From NCBI GenBank assembly GCA_963828525.1, contig CAWHEP010000008.1, positions 480,001 to 544,000 of the forward strand: a stretch of DNA of 64,000 nucleotides. The letters are read 5' to 3'. The stretch's first letter is position 1. Every line of letters begins with the position of its first letter. The notes beneath the pieces were generated by a model that worked only from the letters and a program-made list of their open reading frames with translations, made no database searches and was not told where the DNA came from. The stretch is from an uncultured Verrucomicrobiae bacterium (lineage in GTDB: Bacteria; Verrucomicrobiota; Verrucomicrobiia; Chthoniobacterales; Chthoniobacteraceae). A program made the translations under genes and the position numbers. Positions 33,402-44,889 of this stretch are shown piece after piece.

Positions 33402-36348
33402 CAGACTGTTGAACAAGCCGAGTTTTCGAGAGTCGCCAAACGGAATGGAAAATGAGAAAGTTTGGGACGAATCGCTAGTAAGGGCTGGGATTTGTGATTT
33501 GTTGCGACGTAGGCCTGTTGGTTCTGCAAGGATGCTCCATAGCAGAGCACAAAGGCGCACAACAGCCCCCCTTCCGGCGGCAATCCACTGCTTGGGAGTG
33601 CCAATTCCGTGAACGGCGCGCAGCAACTGCGATAAATTGTAAAACGCCGCCGCCATCTTGTGACGTTTGCTAACAGACTGTTGAACAAGCCGAGTTTTCG
33701 AGAGTCGCCAAACGGAATGGAAAATGAGAAAGTTTGGGACGAATCGCGAGCCTAAGGGCTGGGATCTGTGATTTGTTGCGACGTAGGCCTGTTGGTTCTG
33801 CAAGGATGCTCCATAGCAGAGCACAAAGGCGCACAACAGCCCCCCTTCCGGCTGCAATCCACTGCTTGGGAGTGCCAATTCCGTGAACGGTGCGCAGCAA
33901 CTGCGATAAATTGTAAAACGCCGCCGCCATCTTGTGACGTTTGCTAAGGTTCTCGCGGCCCCGCAACGTGGCTCGCCGCAGCCCGCCGCAATCCAGAACG
34001 TGCTCAAAGCTTCGCTCAATATGCTGGCCTCGTCTGCGCAGCAGGCTCTTTCCGGATTTGCTCTTCACCGCGCATCGCGCGCTTCGCAGCACGGCGCGCT
34101 TGGAGTCAGGCAGGTCCCCGCAACGCCGGTTGCGATGCGGGTCAGTGATGACAGTCCTTATCGCGCACTCTTGCAAGTCCCCCACTTCATCGACCGCGAA
34201 ATACCCCTTGTCCGCCGTGATGCTGACGCCGGGCTTCTTGATCTTAATCGCCGGGATTATCGTGTGCAGCGTCGCCACTGCGTCCAAAACCTTTCCGCTC
34301 AAGTCCTCCGTGTCGGCCTGATCGCCTAGCATGATCTCTGCCTGCACGATGATCCCGGTGTCCAAGTCCACCGTGTGTTCGGGCTTGTAGGTCATGTCCG
34401 TCGCGCCGTCCTTGGTCTTGCCCACCTTCGCGTCAGGGTCGTGCGGGTTCACCCAATCCTTGTTACTTGTCTTGCGCCCCGGGCGCTTCATGTCAAAGCG
34501 GCGAACCGCTGCCGCGTCTTGCTCGTCCACTCCGGCGTCTTTGGCCAGGCGCTTCACATACTCCCAGTAAGCCTCTTCCGTGTTGCGGCTGACGAGGCTC
34601 CGCAGGCTGGCGTTGGCCTCAATCACGCTGCTGTCTATCCCCAGATTGCGACCTTTCAGTAGCCCTTGGGTGCGGATCGCCTCCAGGATCAATTCGAACA
34701 CCCCTTGGTAAATATCCACTCCGAGGCGCTGCCGGATCACCGTCAGGCTCGAATGCTCAGGCGTTGGCTCGCTCAGGCTGTATCCCAGAAAGCCGCGGGC
34801 GCTCAACGAATCGGCGCAGCGCGACGAGATCGCACGCTCGCTTTCCAACCCCTCGAAGAAGCCGACCATCAGCATCTTTAGATAGACAACCGGATCAATG
34901 CCCGGCCGCCCTCCCTTGGATACGTCTGCATAAGCGGGCTTGCACAATTCATATACCCTCTCAGCAAAGCCGATCTCTTCCAACTTTCGGTCTACAAGCT
35001 CATAGAAGCGGCTGGCGTCGCCTTCGGCAACTGGCTCGTCGCTATCCAGAACTCCGACTGCTTTTCTTTCTTCCGTCGTTGTTCAAACACGACTCCATTT
35101 TTACACCAAGCACCCGTTGCAAAACGAGGCGTTTTTCAACAGTCTCCTAAGGTTCTCGCGGCCCCGCAACATGGCTCGCCGCAGCCCGCCGCAATCCAGA
35201 ACGTGCTCAAAGCTTCGCTCAATATGCTGGCCTCGTCTGCGCAGCAGGCTCTTTCCGGATTCGCTCTTCACCGCGCATCGCGCGCGTCGAAGCACGGCGA
35301 GCTTGGTTTCGGGCAGGTTCTCGCGTCGCCGGTTGCGCTGCGGGTCAGTGATGACAGTCCTTATCGCGCACTCTTGCATGTCCCCAACTTCATCGAGCGC
35401 GAAATACCCCTTGTCCGCCGTGATGCTAACACCCGGCTTGTTGATCTCAACCGCCGGTATCATCGTGTGCAGCGTCGCCACGGCCTCCAAAACCTTCCCG
35501 CTCAAGTCCTCCGTATCGGCCTGATCGCCCGGCATGATCTCCGCCTGCACGATGATCCCGGTGTCCAAGTCCACCGTATGTTCGGGCTTGTAGGTCATGT
35601 CCGTTGCACCGTCCTTGGTCTTGCCCACCTTCGCGTCGGGGTCGTGCGGATTGACCCACTCCTTGTTGCTTGTCTTACGCCCCGGGCGCTTCATGTCAAA
35701 GCGGCGAACCGCCGCCGGGTCTTGCTCGTCCACTCCAGCGTCTTTGGCCAGGCGTTTGACATACTCCCAGTAAGCCTCCTCCGTGTTGCGATTGACCAGG
35801 CTCCGCAGGCTGGCGTTGGCCTCGATCACGCTGCTGTCTATCCCCAGATTGCGCCCCTTCAGGAGCCCTTGGGCGCGCATCGCTTTCAGTATTAACTCAA
35901 ACACCCCTTGGTAAATATCCGTTCCAAGGCGCTGCCGGATCACCGTTAGGCTCGAATGCTCCGGAGTCGGCTCGCTCAAGCTGTATCCCAGGAAGCTGCG
36001 CACGCTCAGAGAGACGGCGCATCGCGACGCGATCGCCCGCTCGCTTTCCAACCCCTCGAAGAAGCCGACCATCAGCATCTTGAGATAGACCACCGGATCA
36101 ATGCCCTGGCCGCCCTCCCTCGGATACGCCTGCATAAGCGGGCTTGCACAATTCATATACCCTCTCAGCAAAGCCGATCTCTTCCAACTTTCGGTCTACA
36201 AGCTCATAGAAGCGGCTTGGCGTCGCCTTCGGCAACTGGCTCGTCGCTATCCAGAACTCCGACTGCTTTTCTTTCTTCCGTCGTTGTTCAAACACGACTC
36301 CATTTTTACACCAAGCACCCGTTGCAAAACGAGGCGTTTTCAACAGTG
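33402..36348 (-). mobile_element. IS1182-like element (outer copy), interrupted by a sister copy
   Basis: Ends CAGACTGTTGAA../..TTCAACAGTG, CTAA duplicated at 33398-33401 and 36349-36352; transposase split 35151-36303 + 33402-33669. Confidence 0.85.
33674..35146 (-). mobile_element. IS1182-like element (inner copy) with DDE transposase
   Basis: IR (C/G)AGACTGTTGAA; CTAA at 33670-33673 and 35147-35150; GRPGIDP, IDSSVIEANAS, ADKGY, IERSF, LRGR. Confidence 0.88.
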
Positions 36349-36640
36349 CTAAGATGAACGCGGGCGAGCCGTTTATGCCCTTAAGCTCGGTATAAATTGC
36401 ATAGGAACCCACGGGTATAGGCCCCTTGTTGTTATCTTTCATGTGAGAAGGAATATCATCGCCTGAGTGGAGGTCTGTCCAAGGGGTGTTGGTACCGATG
36501 GTTAGTGTTTTCTTCGTTATGTTGTAGGTAGCGTCTACATCAAGGCCGACCGGGTCCAGTTCGCTGGTGGGAGTCGAGCTGTAGCGTTAATTATTTGCCC
36601 CATCGGGAAACCCGCTCGGATCCGCCGTCGTCCAGCGGTT
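36349..36640 (-). pseudogene. Rhs core remnant plus 5' half of Tlde1-like CT
   Basis: RWTTADPSGFPDG..TPTSELDPVGL..KGPIPVGSYAIY..AFIL read by hand. Confidence 0.78.
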
Positions 36641-36804
36641 CCATGTTTCCCGCCGCGTCGTACCAAGGGCCGTTACTCTGGGGAAGTGACATTTGTCAGG
36701 CGATCGTACAGCATCGTGAACGGCCATGGAAGCGGTGTCAAGGATTGGGATGAGGCACGTTGAAGCTCCGACCAGCGCTATCCAGTCGCTTGTTCTTCCC
36801 TCTT

Positions 36805-36911
36805 CCTTGGCGTTCTTTGCGCCTTGGCGTGAGGTCTCTTCTTCTTTGCCTTTTCCGAGGGATGGGTAACAGAGGGAAAATCCTCACGCAAAGCCGCAAA
36901 GTTCGCAAAGG
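36805..36911. repeat. imperfect hairpin element, copy 1
   Basis: CCTTGGCGTTCTTTGCGCCTTGGCGTGAGG ... CCTCACGCAAAGCCGCAAAGTTCGCAAAGG. Confidence 0.85.
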
Positions 36912-37024
36912 AAGACGAAGAAGTGGTGCTCAGAGTGACGTCTTCCCACGAGCGCAGGGCACGCGCTCATGCGCGGGACGAAGACCCTTGGCGTGACGCC
37001 ACTTCATCTCACCGGTTTCGCGCG

Positions 37025-37421
37025 TCACAGCGTGATTTCTTCCTCTGGCAGGCCGTTGGCCACTCGCTTGATGCCTTGTTTCAGAAGGAATTCGCCGAAA
37101 TTTATCAGCAGGCCGAGTTTCCGCCCACTCAATCGCAAGTGTGTAAGCAACTGTTTCCCGTGGATCGGTAACAAGCTGCCAATTGATTTTAACTCCACGA
37201 TCACCAGGCCCTCGACTAGCAGGTCAGCGCGGAAGCCTTCGTCGAAGGTGATCCCTTCGTAGTTGATCGGAATCGGCACTTCACGATCCACCTTGAGACC
37301 CCGCGCGCAGTTCATGCGCGAGAACAACGGAGTAAACGGTTTCGAGCAATCCTGGGCCGAGCCTGGAATGGACCTGGATGGCCGCGTCAACCACAACCGT
37401 TGCGATATTGTTCTCGTTCAC
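37025..37421 (-). CDS. GxxExxY protein (PD-(D/E)XK nuclease-like), frameshift near 37305
   Basis: VHSRLGPGLLETVY then FRADLLVE..VELKS..QLLTHL..GLLINFG. Confidence 0.85.
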
Positions 37422-37461
37422 TGGATTCAAAACGATGCGGGCATGCCCCTCCTCCCTTCTT

Positions 37462-37577
37462 CCTTTGCGTTCTTTGCGCCTTGGCGTGAGGCCTCTTCTT
37501 CTTACTTCACTCCCGCGCAATGCTCCCCCAGAGAAGCAATGAGGAATTCTCACGCAAAACCGCAAAGCTCGCAAAGG
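37462..37577. repeat. imperfect hairpin element, copy 2
   Basis: Same arms as 36805-36911 with a different loop. Confidence 0.85.
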
Positions 37578-37589
37578 AAAACAAAGACG

Positions 37590-37964
37590 ATCGAGTGGGC
37601 ACCCTACGAGCAGGACCCTTATGCCGGGCTCGGGATATCGTTGGATTTCAGCGGTTTGCCAGCCCTTGCGGAAGGTAGTACATGGGGAATCGTCCAGATG
37701 GAAAGTACAAACGGAGCTCCAGTCAAAACACAATGGACATTAGACGACGGCGCGAGTCCAACTTCCCCGCTTGTTCCTGGTATATCCAGCAGCAGCAATA
37801 GTCTCACCTACGGCGACTCTCCCAACAGGCAAATCACGGAAGCGACGAATGGAACCGTGGTCTCGTGGGAGGCGCAGACATTCCTTGTTCAACTCTACAG
37901 TGATAAAGATACAAAAATCGTTAATTTTTATGACGGCGTCGACTGGAAGTGGAAGCTGGAATGA
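37590..37964 (+). pseudogene. orphan CT fragment homologous to the CT at 48.8-49.4 kb
   Basis: LPAL..WGIVQ..TLDD..YGDSPNR..WEAQTFLV..GVDWKWKLE. Confidence 0.7.
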
Positions 37965-38626
37965 GACTCTACATTGCCAACCGTGTCCCGGATGTTGTAA
38001 TACGCTTGGTGACGCGGTTCAGAAGCCAAATGGTTATGGCCGTGATATCTCTCGCCTGTCATGCGGCGCCTATTCCGAAAACTTCCACCGCGACCCTGGA
38101 CGGAGCGACGGTTAGCCTTGAGGTAAAACCACAAAGATGGGTTATTCCGTCCCTCAAAGAACGCGACGATATCACGTTCGCTGTCAAGATTACCAATACG
38201 TCAGATAGGCAAAAGAGAATTGCAAATTGGTTTAACATGTCCCCGCTTCTCAAAACAAAAGGCGGACCACTGTTAGAGGAACTGGGCGGCGCGGATAATA
38301 ACCCGCCCCCAACGCTACGAAATTACCCAATCGTGGCTCCAGGAACCTCTCTCCAACTGCGGAAGGGCGGCGCCTTGTTCTGGCAAGACGGAAAGCTGAC
38401 ATTTTGCTTTTGGGATGGCGGGATATTTCATTATTACTACAACCTGAGACCGGGTCACTATCAGTTCGCCTTGAGATACGAAATGTCCCTCTCGGCGCAC
38501 GATGAAGGGATGGCAAGGAATCAGTACATGAGAAAGATTCTCGGAACTCAGGCGAAGGAATTACTTGTCGGGGTGGCAACGACTTCCTTCTCTGACATAG
38601 AAGTCACCTCGATGGAGCACAGATAA
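37961..38626 (+). CDS. putative immunity protein, paralog of C-half of 49378-50571
   Basis: ATGA overlap; LTFCFWDGG..L.PGHYQFALRY. Confidence 0.75.
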   Translation: MRLYIANRVPDVVIRLVTRFRSQMVMAVISLACHAAPIPKTSTATLDGATVSLEVKPQRWVIPSLKERDDITFAVKITNTSDRQKRIANWFNMSPLLKTKGGPLLEELGGADNNPPPTLRNYPIVAPGTSLQLRKGGALFWQDGKLTFCFWDGGIFHYYYNLRPGHYQFALRYEMSLSAHDEGMARNQYMRKILGTQAKELLVGVATTSFSDIEVTSMEHR

Positions 38627-38815
38627 AGAAGTGCTCAGAATGACCGGCTCTTGAAATGGAGACGCGGTGCATTGTCACAACTCAAATGGCGGCAGTAGGC
38701 AACGTTTTCAAGAATACGATATACGATAAAGCGAAAACGTATGACATCACGAGTTCAGACGGGTCGTCTTCAAAGGAGAGTTCCTCTTAGGCACTCTCAA
38801 TGTGACGGAGTAGTT

Positions 38816-39730
38816 ATGCAGAGCTACCTGTTGGCGTGCTGTTTAGTCGTCTTCGCTGCGTTCCCTTTGACCGCGGGGGCCAAACATGTCTCTGCGTCCT
38901 CTACCCAATCGGATTGGGAATCCATATTCGCGCAGGAGTATTCTAATTGGTTTCTTCAGAGCAGCCAGGGGGGGCTCATAAGCGCCCTGGGGGAAGGCGG
39001 TTCGGCTACGCGGCATCTCTGGCCCAGCCTACGAGCAGCAGCTGAGAAGTTACCTGTCGCGCAGAAAGCGCGCCTGGTCGTTTCAATGGGGCTGGGACTG
39101 CCATTCGACGGAGAGTCGGCGGAATGCTTCGGTGACTTTCTCGGGTCGGATAACAAGGAAGTCGCGAAAAGGCTTCAGACGCTCGACGACGAGGATCTTC
39201 AGGAGTTCTGTCGTTCGATGGGCTACCTTTCCGATATCAACGATGATCGCGTTGCTTTTCTGAAGAGGAAACTCTCATCTTGGGCGAACGGCGTTGTTTA
39301 CACTGTTGGAAGTCCCAAAGGTAATAGCGAAGACGCTCGAATGGCGCCGGGGGCCTCGGAATGCGAGTCAGTGTTCATGGAGTTCTATAACCGCTGCTTC
39401 TATAAAAGCGCCGGATCGAGGCTCCGGAGGGTCTTGGGCCTGGATGAAGCGAGATCGAGCATCAGCGTGTCCACGCTCGCCGGGCGGACGCGCGGGCTTC
39501 CAGTCGAACAAAAGTGCCGCCTGACGCTGCTCCTCTGGCTGGCCCTTCCTTTGGATCTGGAGCTAAAGGAACATTACGGCGCGTTTCTCGGAGACGAAAA
39601 GGCGCGGGTAGGACAAAGGTTGGGACGGCTAAGCGTCACCGTGATCGGCAGAATTTGCGCCGCGATGGGCTATCCAAAGGAACGGGGGTCGGCTTTACTG
39701 CGTTACGCAAGAAATTGGAGCTGCAAGTGA
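38816..39730 (+). CDS. Tlde1-linked immunity family, two tandem domains
   Basis: MQSYLLACCLVVFAAF signal; QKARL..DGESAECFGDFLGSD and QKCRL..YGAFLGD; preceded by GTLNVTE stop at 38813. Confidence 0.75.
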   Translation: MQSYLLACCLVVFAAFPLTAGAKHVSASSTQSDWESIFAQEYSNWFLQSSQGGLISALGEGGSATRHLWPSLRAAAEKLPVAQKARLVVSMGLGLPFDGESAECFGDFLGSDNKEVAKRLQTLDDEDLQEFCRSMGYLSDINDDRVAFLKRKLSSWANGVVYTVGSPKGNSEDARMAPGASECESVFMEFYNRCFYKSAGSRLRRVLGLDEARSSISVSTLAGRTRGLPVEQKCRLTLLLWLALPLDLELKEHYGAFLGDEKARVGQRLGRLSVTVIGRICAAMGYPKERGSALLRYARNWSCK

Positions 39731-39870
39731 CCCGCCGCGTTCTTGAAGCGGTCCCCTCTAAGAGACTGTTGAAGACTGGGGCATGCCGCGCGAGAGCAAT
39801 TTGGGGCGTATGGCAAGGCGCGAGCGACGCGCATACCCGCTGCGGTCTGTAAGGAGCGAGCAACGCTGGC

Positions 39871-40533
39871 AACCCCACGAGCGAATTCGACCCGATGGGA
39901 CTATTCTACGGTGGCTCCAGCTACGGGCCTTTCAAGTACGGAGCAGGAAGTTCAATAACGGACGAGGCTGCATGGAATTTAGGCAAGAGCCCGGTAGGAA
40001 CATTCTTGGTTGGTATAGGAACTCTCGGTCATAAGGCTATGAGCGTTGCGGATGGTTCAGCCGGCCTGACGCAGTGGACGCTGACAAGCGACGAAGATCA
40101 GACTGCAAAGAGTCTGAGCGATTCAAACGGAACGTATAACAACAAAAGCGATCCGAGCGATCCGTTAAATGGCGAAAGTATTAAGGACTACGTTTCGGGC
40201 AATCTGGATCGCAGTTTCGATGGGACCCGTGACGGAAGCGGAAACTATTCCCTTTCGGCAAATTTCTTGCAGGCGCAGGGAACTGATGGGTATTGGGCGT
40301 TTGGAAACTCAGTCCTCAGCTTCTCGGGGGAGTATAGCATTACGAACGGAAATCTTGGCTGGAACGCAACTATCAGCCTTTCGGATACCTTCACTTTTTC
40401 TCCCTATAAAGATCTCTCGGGAAGCTGGACCTCTGCCACCGGAACCTCTTACAGACTCCAAGACAGTGGCTTCATTAACCCCTTTAGCACGTCGGCGACC
40501 TGGAATGAGTTGTTTACGACTCGTACAGAGTGA
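39871..40533 (+). pseudogene. orphan CT starting at the Rhs cleavage motif
   Basis: PTSEFDPMGL, then CT with WTL.SDE and RLQ.SG.I.PF; ends TRTE. Confidence 0.75.
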
Positions 40534-41195
40534 GACTGCGAAGAAGCGAGGCAGCTCGCGGATTCTGGGGTGCTTCCTGTGACTCGAGGGCTGCGATCTC
40601 TGATTGCCCAGCATCCATGAGAAGGCTGGCAGTTATTTCAACTCTGTGTATTCTATTAACCGCGGTCCTGTGTCTGTTGACCCCGGTGGGCGCAAGTGTA
40701 TTCCGGGCCGTAGGGTTACGACAAATGCTTCCCTTCGCTCCGCTGGTCAAGGAGTTCCCGTCCCGCGATGGGAAAGTTATTCTGATAATTGCCTACGGTG
40801 ATTTCGATGTTGAAATCTTCGCCCGGAAGCGGGCCGCAGAGTCCGTGGTTTACGTTTACTCCATAGCCTACGGACACGAAAAGGGCATGTTCCCCCTGGT
40901 GTTAAGCGCGGACGAGAGAAATCTTCTTCTCCTGCGCCCGAGCTCCACGGGTATCTCCTCAAGCCTCGTTGCGGGCGGCATCTCGTTGTCGACGGGCGCG
41001 TCCTGGCTGGCCTCAGACTATGACGAGAGTCGGAGGAACGCATCAGTGGATTCCATCGTGCGTCGGTTCGGAGGATGCGGCGAGTTAATGCTGGACCAAC
41101 CAAAGTTCTCCGAGGGCTTTATGCGGGCAACAGCGGTAGACTACTTTACAGCGTCCATTTTGACGGCCGCCAAGAAGCGATCTTTGGGCCGGTAG
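40530..41195 (+). CDS. putative immunity protein
   Basis: GTGA overlap; hydrophobic segment MRRLAVISTLCILLTAVLCLL (ATG 40617). Confidence 0.65.
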   Translation: MRLRRSEAARGFWGASCDSRAAISDCPASMRRLAVISTLCILLTAVLCLLTPVGASVFRAVGLRQMLPFAPLVKEFPSRDGKVILIIAYGDFDVEIFARKRAAESVVYVYSIAYGHEKGMFPLVLSADERNLLLLRPSSTGISSSLVAGGISLSTGASWLASDYDESRRNASVDSIVRRFGGCGELMLDQPKFSEGFMRATAVDYFTASILTAAKKRSLGR

Positions 41196-41249
41196 CCCGT
41201 GGCGATTCGCGGACACCGATGCCGGCAAATAAACATGATGCTGAGGCAC

Positions 41250-41729
41250 TAAGAATGCGCGGACAGGGCTGTCCGGCTAAAGGATGGAAGTGGCGTTTCG
41301 CCCCCGCGAAGGAAGAGAAGCAGATTTGGGGGATGCTACTGACGAGGGGTTTAGGTGAAGAGCTTGCGTAGAGGGACGGACGGCTCGGCGAGGCGGTGGG
41401 AAATGGCTTGTGAGCATGGCGGACGTCTCGCGGGACGGACGCCTCGGCGAGGCATTCCTATCCTGCATGCGATACGCAATCGTCTCCGAAGTTGCACTTC
41501 GTCCCGCTCTCTCCGCTCTCCCCCCTCTCCGGGCCTCTGCGTCTCGGCGTTTAAAATCCCCCTCTTCCGTCACACGCCTGGCGGTCTTCGCGCGCGCCCC
41601 TCCCCCAGGCTTCCCCGCCCTCTGCGGGAATTGTGTTCACTAAGTGTTTGTAACTGTGTGTATGTGTTTGTAACCGCACCCATTGTGTTCTTTTTGCTTT
41701 TCCCTTGCGGTAGGCGTAAACCTACTCGC
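41250..41729 (+). repeat. conserved cartridge leader region
   Basis: Near-identical to 52029-52485 and 56468-56763; 3' part also at 45663-45769 and 48370-48486. Confidence 0.9.
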
Positions 41730-42620
41730 ATGAACAAAACATATCGGGTTAAAAGAGTGGCGGCGGGATTCTCTCTCGCTGGTGGTATTTGGAATCGCGG
41801 GCGCTCACGGCGGTGAAGCGGATCATCCGCTCATGAACGGCAAGCTCCGGGTCACGACGTTATCGCCCGAGGAGATACGCTATACCGGCAAACCTTATAG
41901 CAAGGCGCTGGGCGCGTATGTATTCAATGCGCGTCGCTTACGACGCGACGACCAGCCGATGGACCGACTTCAGATCCGAGCGGGTTTCCGGATGGGGCGA
42001 ATGGGCACATCTACGCTGCCGTGCCGACATCTCAATTCGACAAAAGCGGCCAGAACATAGGTTATACGTATAGAAATGGGGTGGCGTATGGGGTTGGAAC
42101 TAACTATCGCGGGGTCGTCGGTGACATAGCGTACTGGAACGGTGCTGAGGCGGCCGCTTTGGGCGGGATTGCGGCCGAGGCACTACAACACGCGGAAATC
42201 GGTGATGTGAGCAGCGGCAACTGGCACTTATCTTCTGATGAAGCTGATCGCGTAAAGACGTCCAACCTATTTCAGAACAAGATTCATCAGGTGATTCAGA
42301 ATTATCTGGGTAAGCACTTGAGCCAAGGCGATGATGATCTTTCCGTGCCGATGGGCAAAAAGGCTTTTTCAATAACCGACCCACTTCTGTACACCGCCTT
42401 CCACAGCCTCGACTTTAGCGTCGACGGAACGGCAACGTTCGACGGCCAAAATAAGTGGACCTTCGATGGAACTGTACTTCTCACCAAATGGTGGTCGTTT
42501 TCTAATTATTCCGGCACAACGCAGCACATGTGGAATAGAGTCGGCTCTCGGTTACAGACCAACGGCTGGATCGCCCCTTATTTTGTAACCGGACAGTTTG
42601 ACGATAAGTGGAAAGAATAG
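41730..42620 (+). CDS. mini-Rhs cartridge, CT related to 39.9 and 53.9 kb CTs (several 1-bp frameshifts)
   Basis: MNKT.. signal, MNGKLRV core, PTSQFDKSG, ends KWKE. Confidence 0.78.
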
Positions 42621-43279
42621 TGGCAAGTTTCGACTTCCGCAGGAAGCTGTATTCCATGGGATTGGGCGTTCTCCTGTGTGTCGCGATCTTGCGGTTTGGA
42701 AAATCAGAAGCCATAATAGAAGTAGACCAGACAATCGGGTTGGTTTGCCCTATTCTGACGACCTATGGGCGATTGAATTTCGCAATAAGCAAGAGAAGCC
42801 CTTTTCTGACAAGAATGTGTCTCGCAGAAGGAGCAGATCCCAATGGACGGGGGTTGGAGCTCGATACCCCGCTCATGGAGGCGTGTCAGGATGAAGAGGA
42901 CTTTGATATCGTAGCCTTACTCATCGAGGGAGGAGCTGATCCAAACCTGCAGGATGTTGATGGGTATACCGCCCTTATGTTTGCAACCAGTGCTTCGTCC
43001 ACAAGGACGGTGAAACTGCTTCTGGACCACGGGGCGAACATCAGCTTGAAAGTGCATGGCAAAGATCCAAGGGGCGAAGGTGAAGACGAAGGATATACGG
43101 CGCTCCTGTTTGCATGTCGGAATGGGGATGTCGACATAGTGAAACTCTTGATGGAGCGAGGCGCAAATCCAGGTGAGACAAATCGCCGCGGACTTGATGC
43201 TCTAGAGATTGCGCGAAGAGCGGAGAGCAGGAAGGTCGTTACGTATTTAGAACAGCTCTCGTCCTCCGAGAAGGATTGA
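42620..43279 (+). CDS. ankyrin-repeat putative immunity protein
   Basis: GADPN, TPLMEA, GYTALMFA, GYTALLFA repeats; N-terminal hydrophobic stretch. Confidence 0.85.
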   Translation: MASFDFRRKLYSMGLGVLLCVAILRFGKSEAIIEVDQTIGLVCPILTTYGRLNFAISKRSPFLTRMCLAEGADPNGRGLELDTPLMEACQDEEDFDIVALLIEGGADPNLQDVDGYTALMFATSASSTRTVKLLLDHGANISLKVHGKDPRGEGEDEGYTALLFACRNGDVDIVKLLMERGANPGETNRRGLDALEIARRAESRKVVTYLEQLSSSEKD

Positions 43280-43297
43280 GAGCGCGTTTCGAAGCCA

Positions 43298-43615
43298 ATG
43301 ATCTTACGCCCGTTGCGCACATTCCTCATCCACTCGTCGCTTTTCATTCTCACTTCCCATGCGCATTCGGAAACCATACAACTTGGGCGGATTGTTCAAC
43401 ACGTGGAGGACGCCCAGCGGCACGGAGTCTGTCGTGTGTATATTCTGAGTTTCGGCGAGCCTTCCAAGCCCGCGTTCTTCGGCGAAATGGATGCGCAGAA
43501 CTTTGGGGACTTCTTGGTGGAAGAGTCCATGACTAGAGGTTCATGGAACATCGCATTTTCATTTGATATATGTAAACGAGGCTCACAGGTGGACGACCCC
43601 GCAAATCGCTCATGA
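43298..43615 (+). CDS. exported hypothetical protein (possibly truncated immunity gene)
   Basis: Signal-like MILRPLRTFLIHSSLFILTSHAHS; 5' end similar to ~51428-51485. Confidence 0.45.
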   Translation: MILRPLRTFLIHSSLFILTSHAHSETIQLGRIVQHVEDAQRHGVCRVYILSFGEPSKPAFFGEMDAQNFGDFLVEESMTRGSWNIAFSFDICKRGSQVDDPANRS

Positions 43616-44359
43616 ACGGGAAGCTCCGGGTCACGACCTTGTCTCCGGAGGAGATACGATATACGGGCAAGCCCTATAGCAGGGCCCTTGGCGCGTATGT
43701 GTTCAATGCCCGCGCTTATGATGCGGCAACGAGCCGATGGACCACGCCAGACCCGAGCGGGTTTCCGGACGGGGTGAATAACCGTGTTTATGCGGCGACG
43801 CCCACTTTCCAGATGGATGCAGACGGTCTGATCGTTATTGGGATTTACGGAATGGGGAATATGCAAGGCAACGACACGCAAGGAAACGCTGATATGGACG
43901 CAATCGCGAGTTCAACAAAAGCTACGATGTACTTCCGTGATCAGAAGTCCGCGATGAAGAAAGCCATAGCTGCAGCAAGAAAAAGCGATCCAAAGACGCC
44001 CGTAATCATCTATGGTTACAGCCGCGGCGGGGTGGCTGCCGTCGAAGTGGCGAAGCAATTAAAGGATGTAGCAGGTTCCTGCTGTATAGACCTGCTCGGT
44101 ACTCATCGACGCTGTTCGAGTGCTGGGGAATCCTTCTCTGACAGTCCCGGACAACGTCGATAAGGAGTTCAACTATTATCAGAAAAATGGCGGCCCATTT
44201 GCCGGGACGGCGATCACCAATCCGAGCGCGGACTACGGTAACACCGACGTATCAGCCACCGCCGGAATGACGCACAACACAATAGTTGGCGACCAAAAGC
44301 AGACAGTTGTCACAGAAATCAACAGCGCCAACCACGAACGCTCAAGCAGCTGCGAATGA
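43612..44359 (+). CDS. Rhs core + alpha/beta-hydrolase (lipase-like) CT, lacks signal peptide, frameshift near 44097
   Basis: Core ..DADGL, GYSRGG, LIDAV, NYYQ, THNTI; ends SSCE. Confidence 0.8.
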
Positions 44360-44757
44360 AAAGGCGCGCGCGATCCAAGATCTTTGCCGCGCTATTTACC
44401 TTGTTCTGTTGCGGGTGCGCGCATGAAGCAACACGGGAGGTTTCGGGCATGCTGCGATACAGCAAAGGCCGAAGGCCTGCCGCGGGCATTCCCTTGCAAC
44501 TGGAGTTTTCGAAAACCTATCCGAACATCTTGGCGGCCTTTTATATGCCTTCGCCCACGGTTCTCGCGCGCGCGGTCACCGCTTCAAACGGGCATTTCGA
44601 TTTCAAGGTACATTGCGATGGAATCCTCGTCATAACGCCGCAAGTCTATAAGCACTGGCCGCTGTTCCGCGTGGAAGATTTGACCGACAAGACTCTCCCA
44701 GGGCATGCCGAGACGCCGAAACGGTTCCGCGCGGGATACCCAGGGCAAGGAGGGTAG
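44356..44757 (+). CDS. lipoprotein, putative immunity
   Basis: ATGA overlap; lipobox-like FCCGC. Confidence 0.72.
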   Translation: MKRRARSKIFAALFTLFCCGCAHEATREVSGMLRYSKGRRPAAGIPLQLEFSKTYPNILAAFYMPSPTVLARAVTASNGHFDFKVHCDGILVITPQVYKHWPLFRVEDLTDKTLPGHAETPKRFRAGYPGQGG

Positions 44758-44889
44758 GTTTGCAGGACGGACGCCCTGGCTTTGAAGACTGTTGAAGAGT
44801 TGGGGCGTATCGCGTTGATTCCGCCTTGTGACTTGTCCCAGGCGCAGAGGGGGTATACCCGCTGCTCGCCCTCCCCTCGAACCGCCTCG

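Noticed and set aside
36805..37577. Integron attC sites
   Set aside because: No integron integrase in the window and no clear RYYYAAC/GTTRRRY boxes
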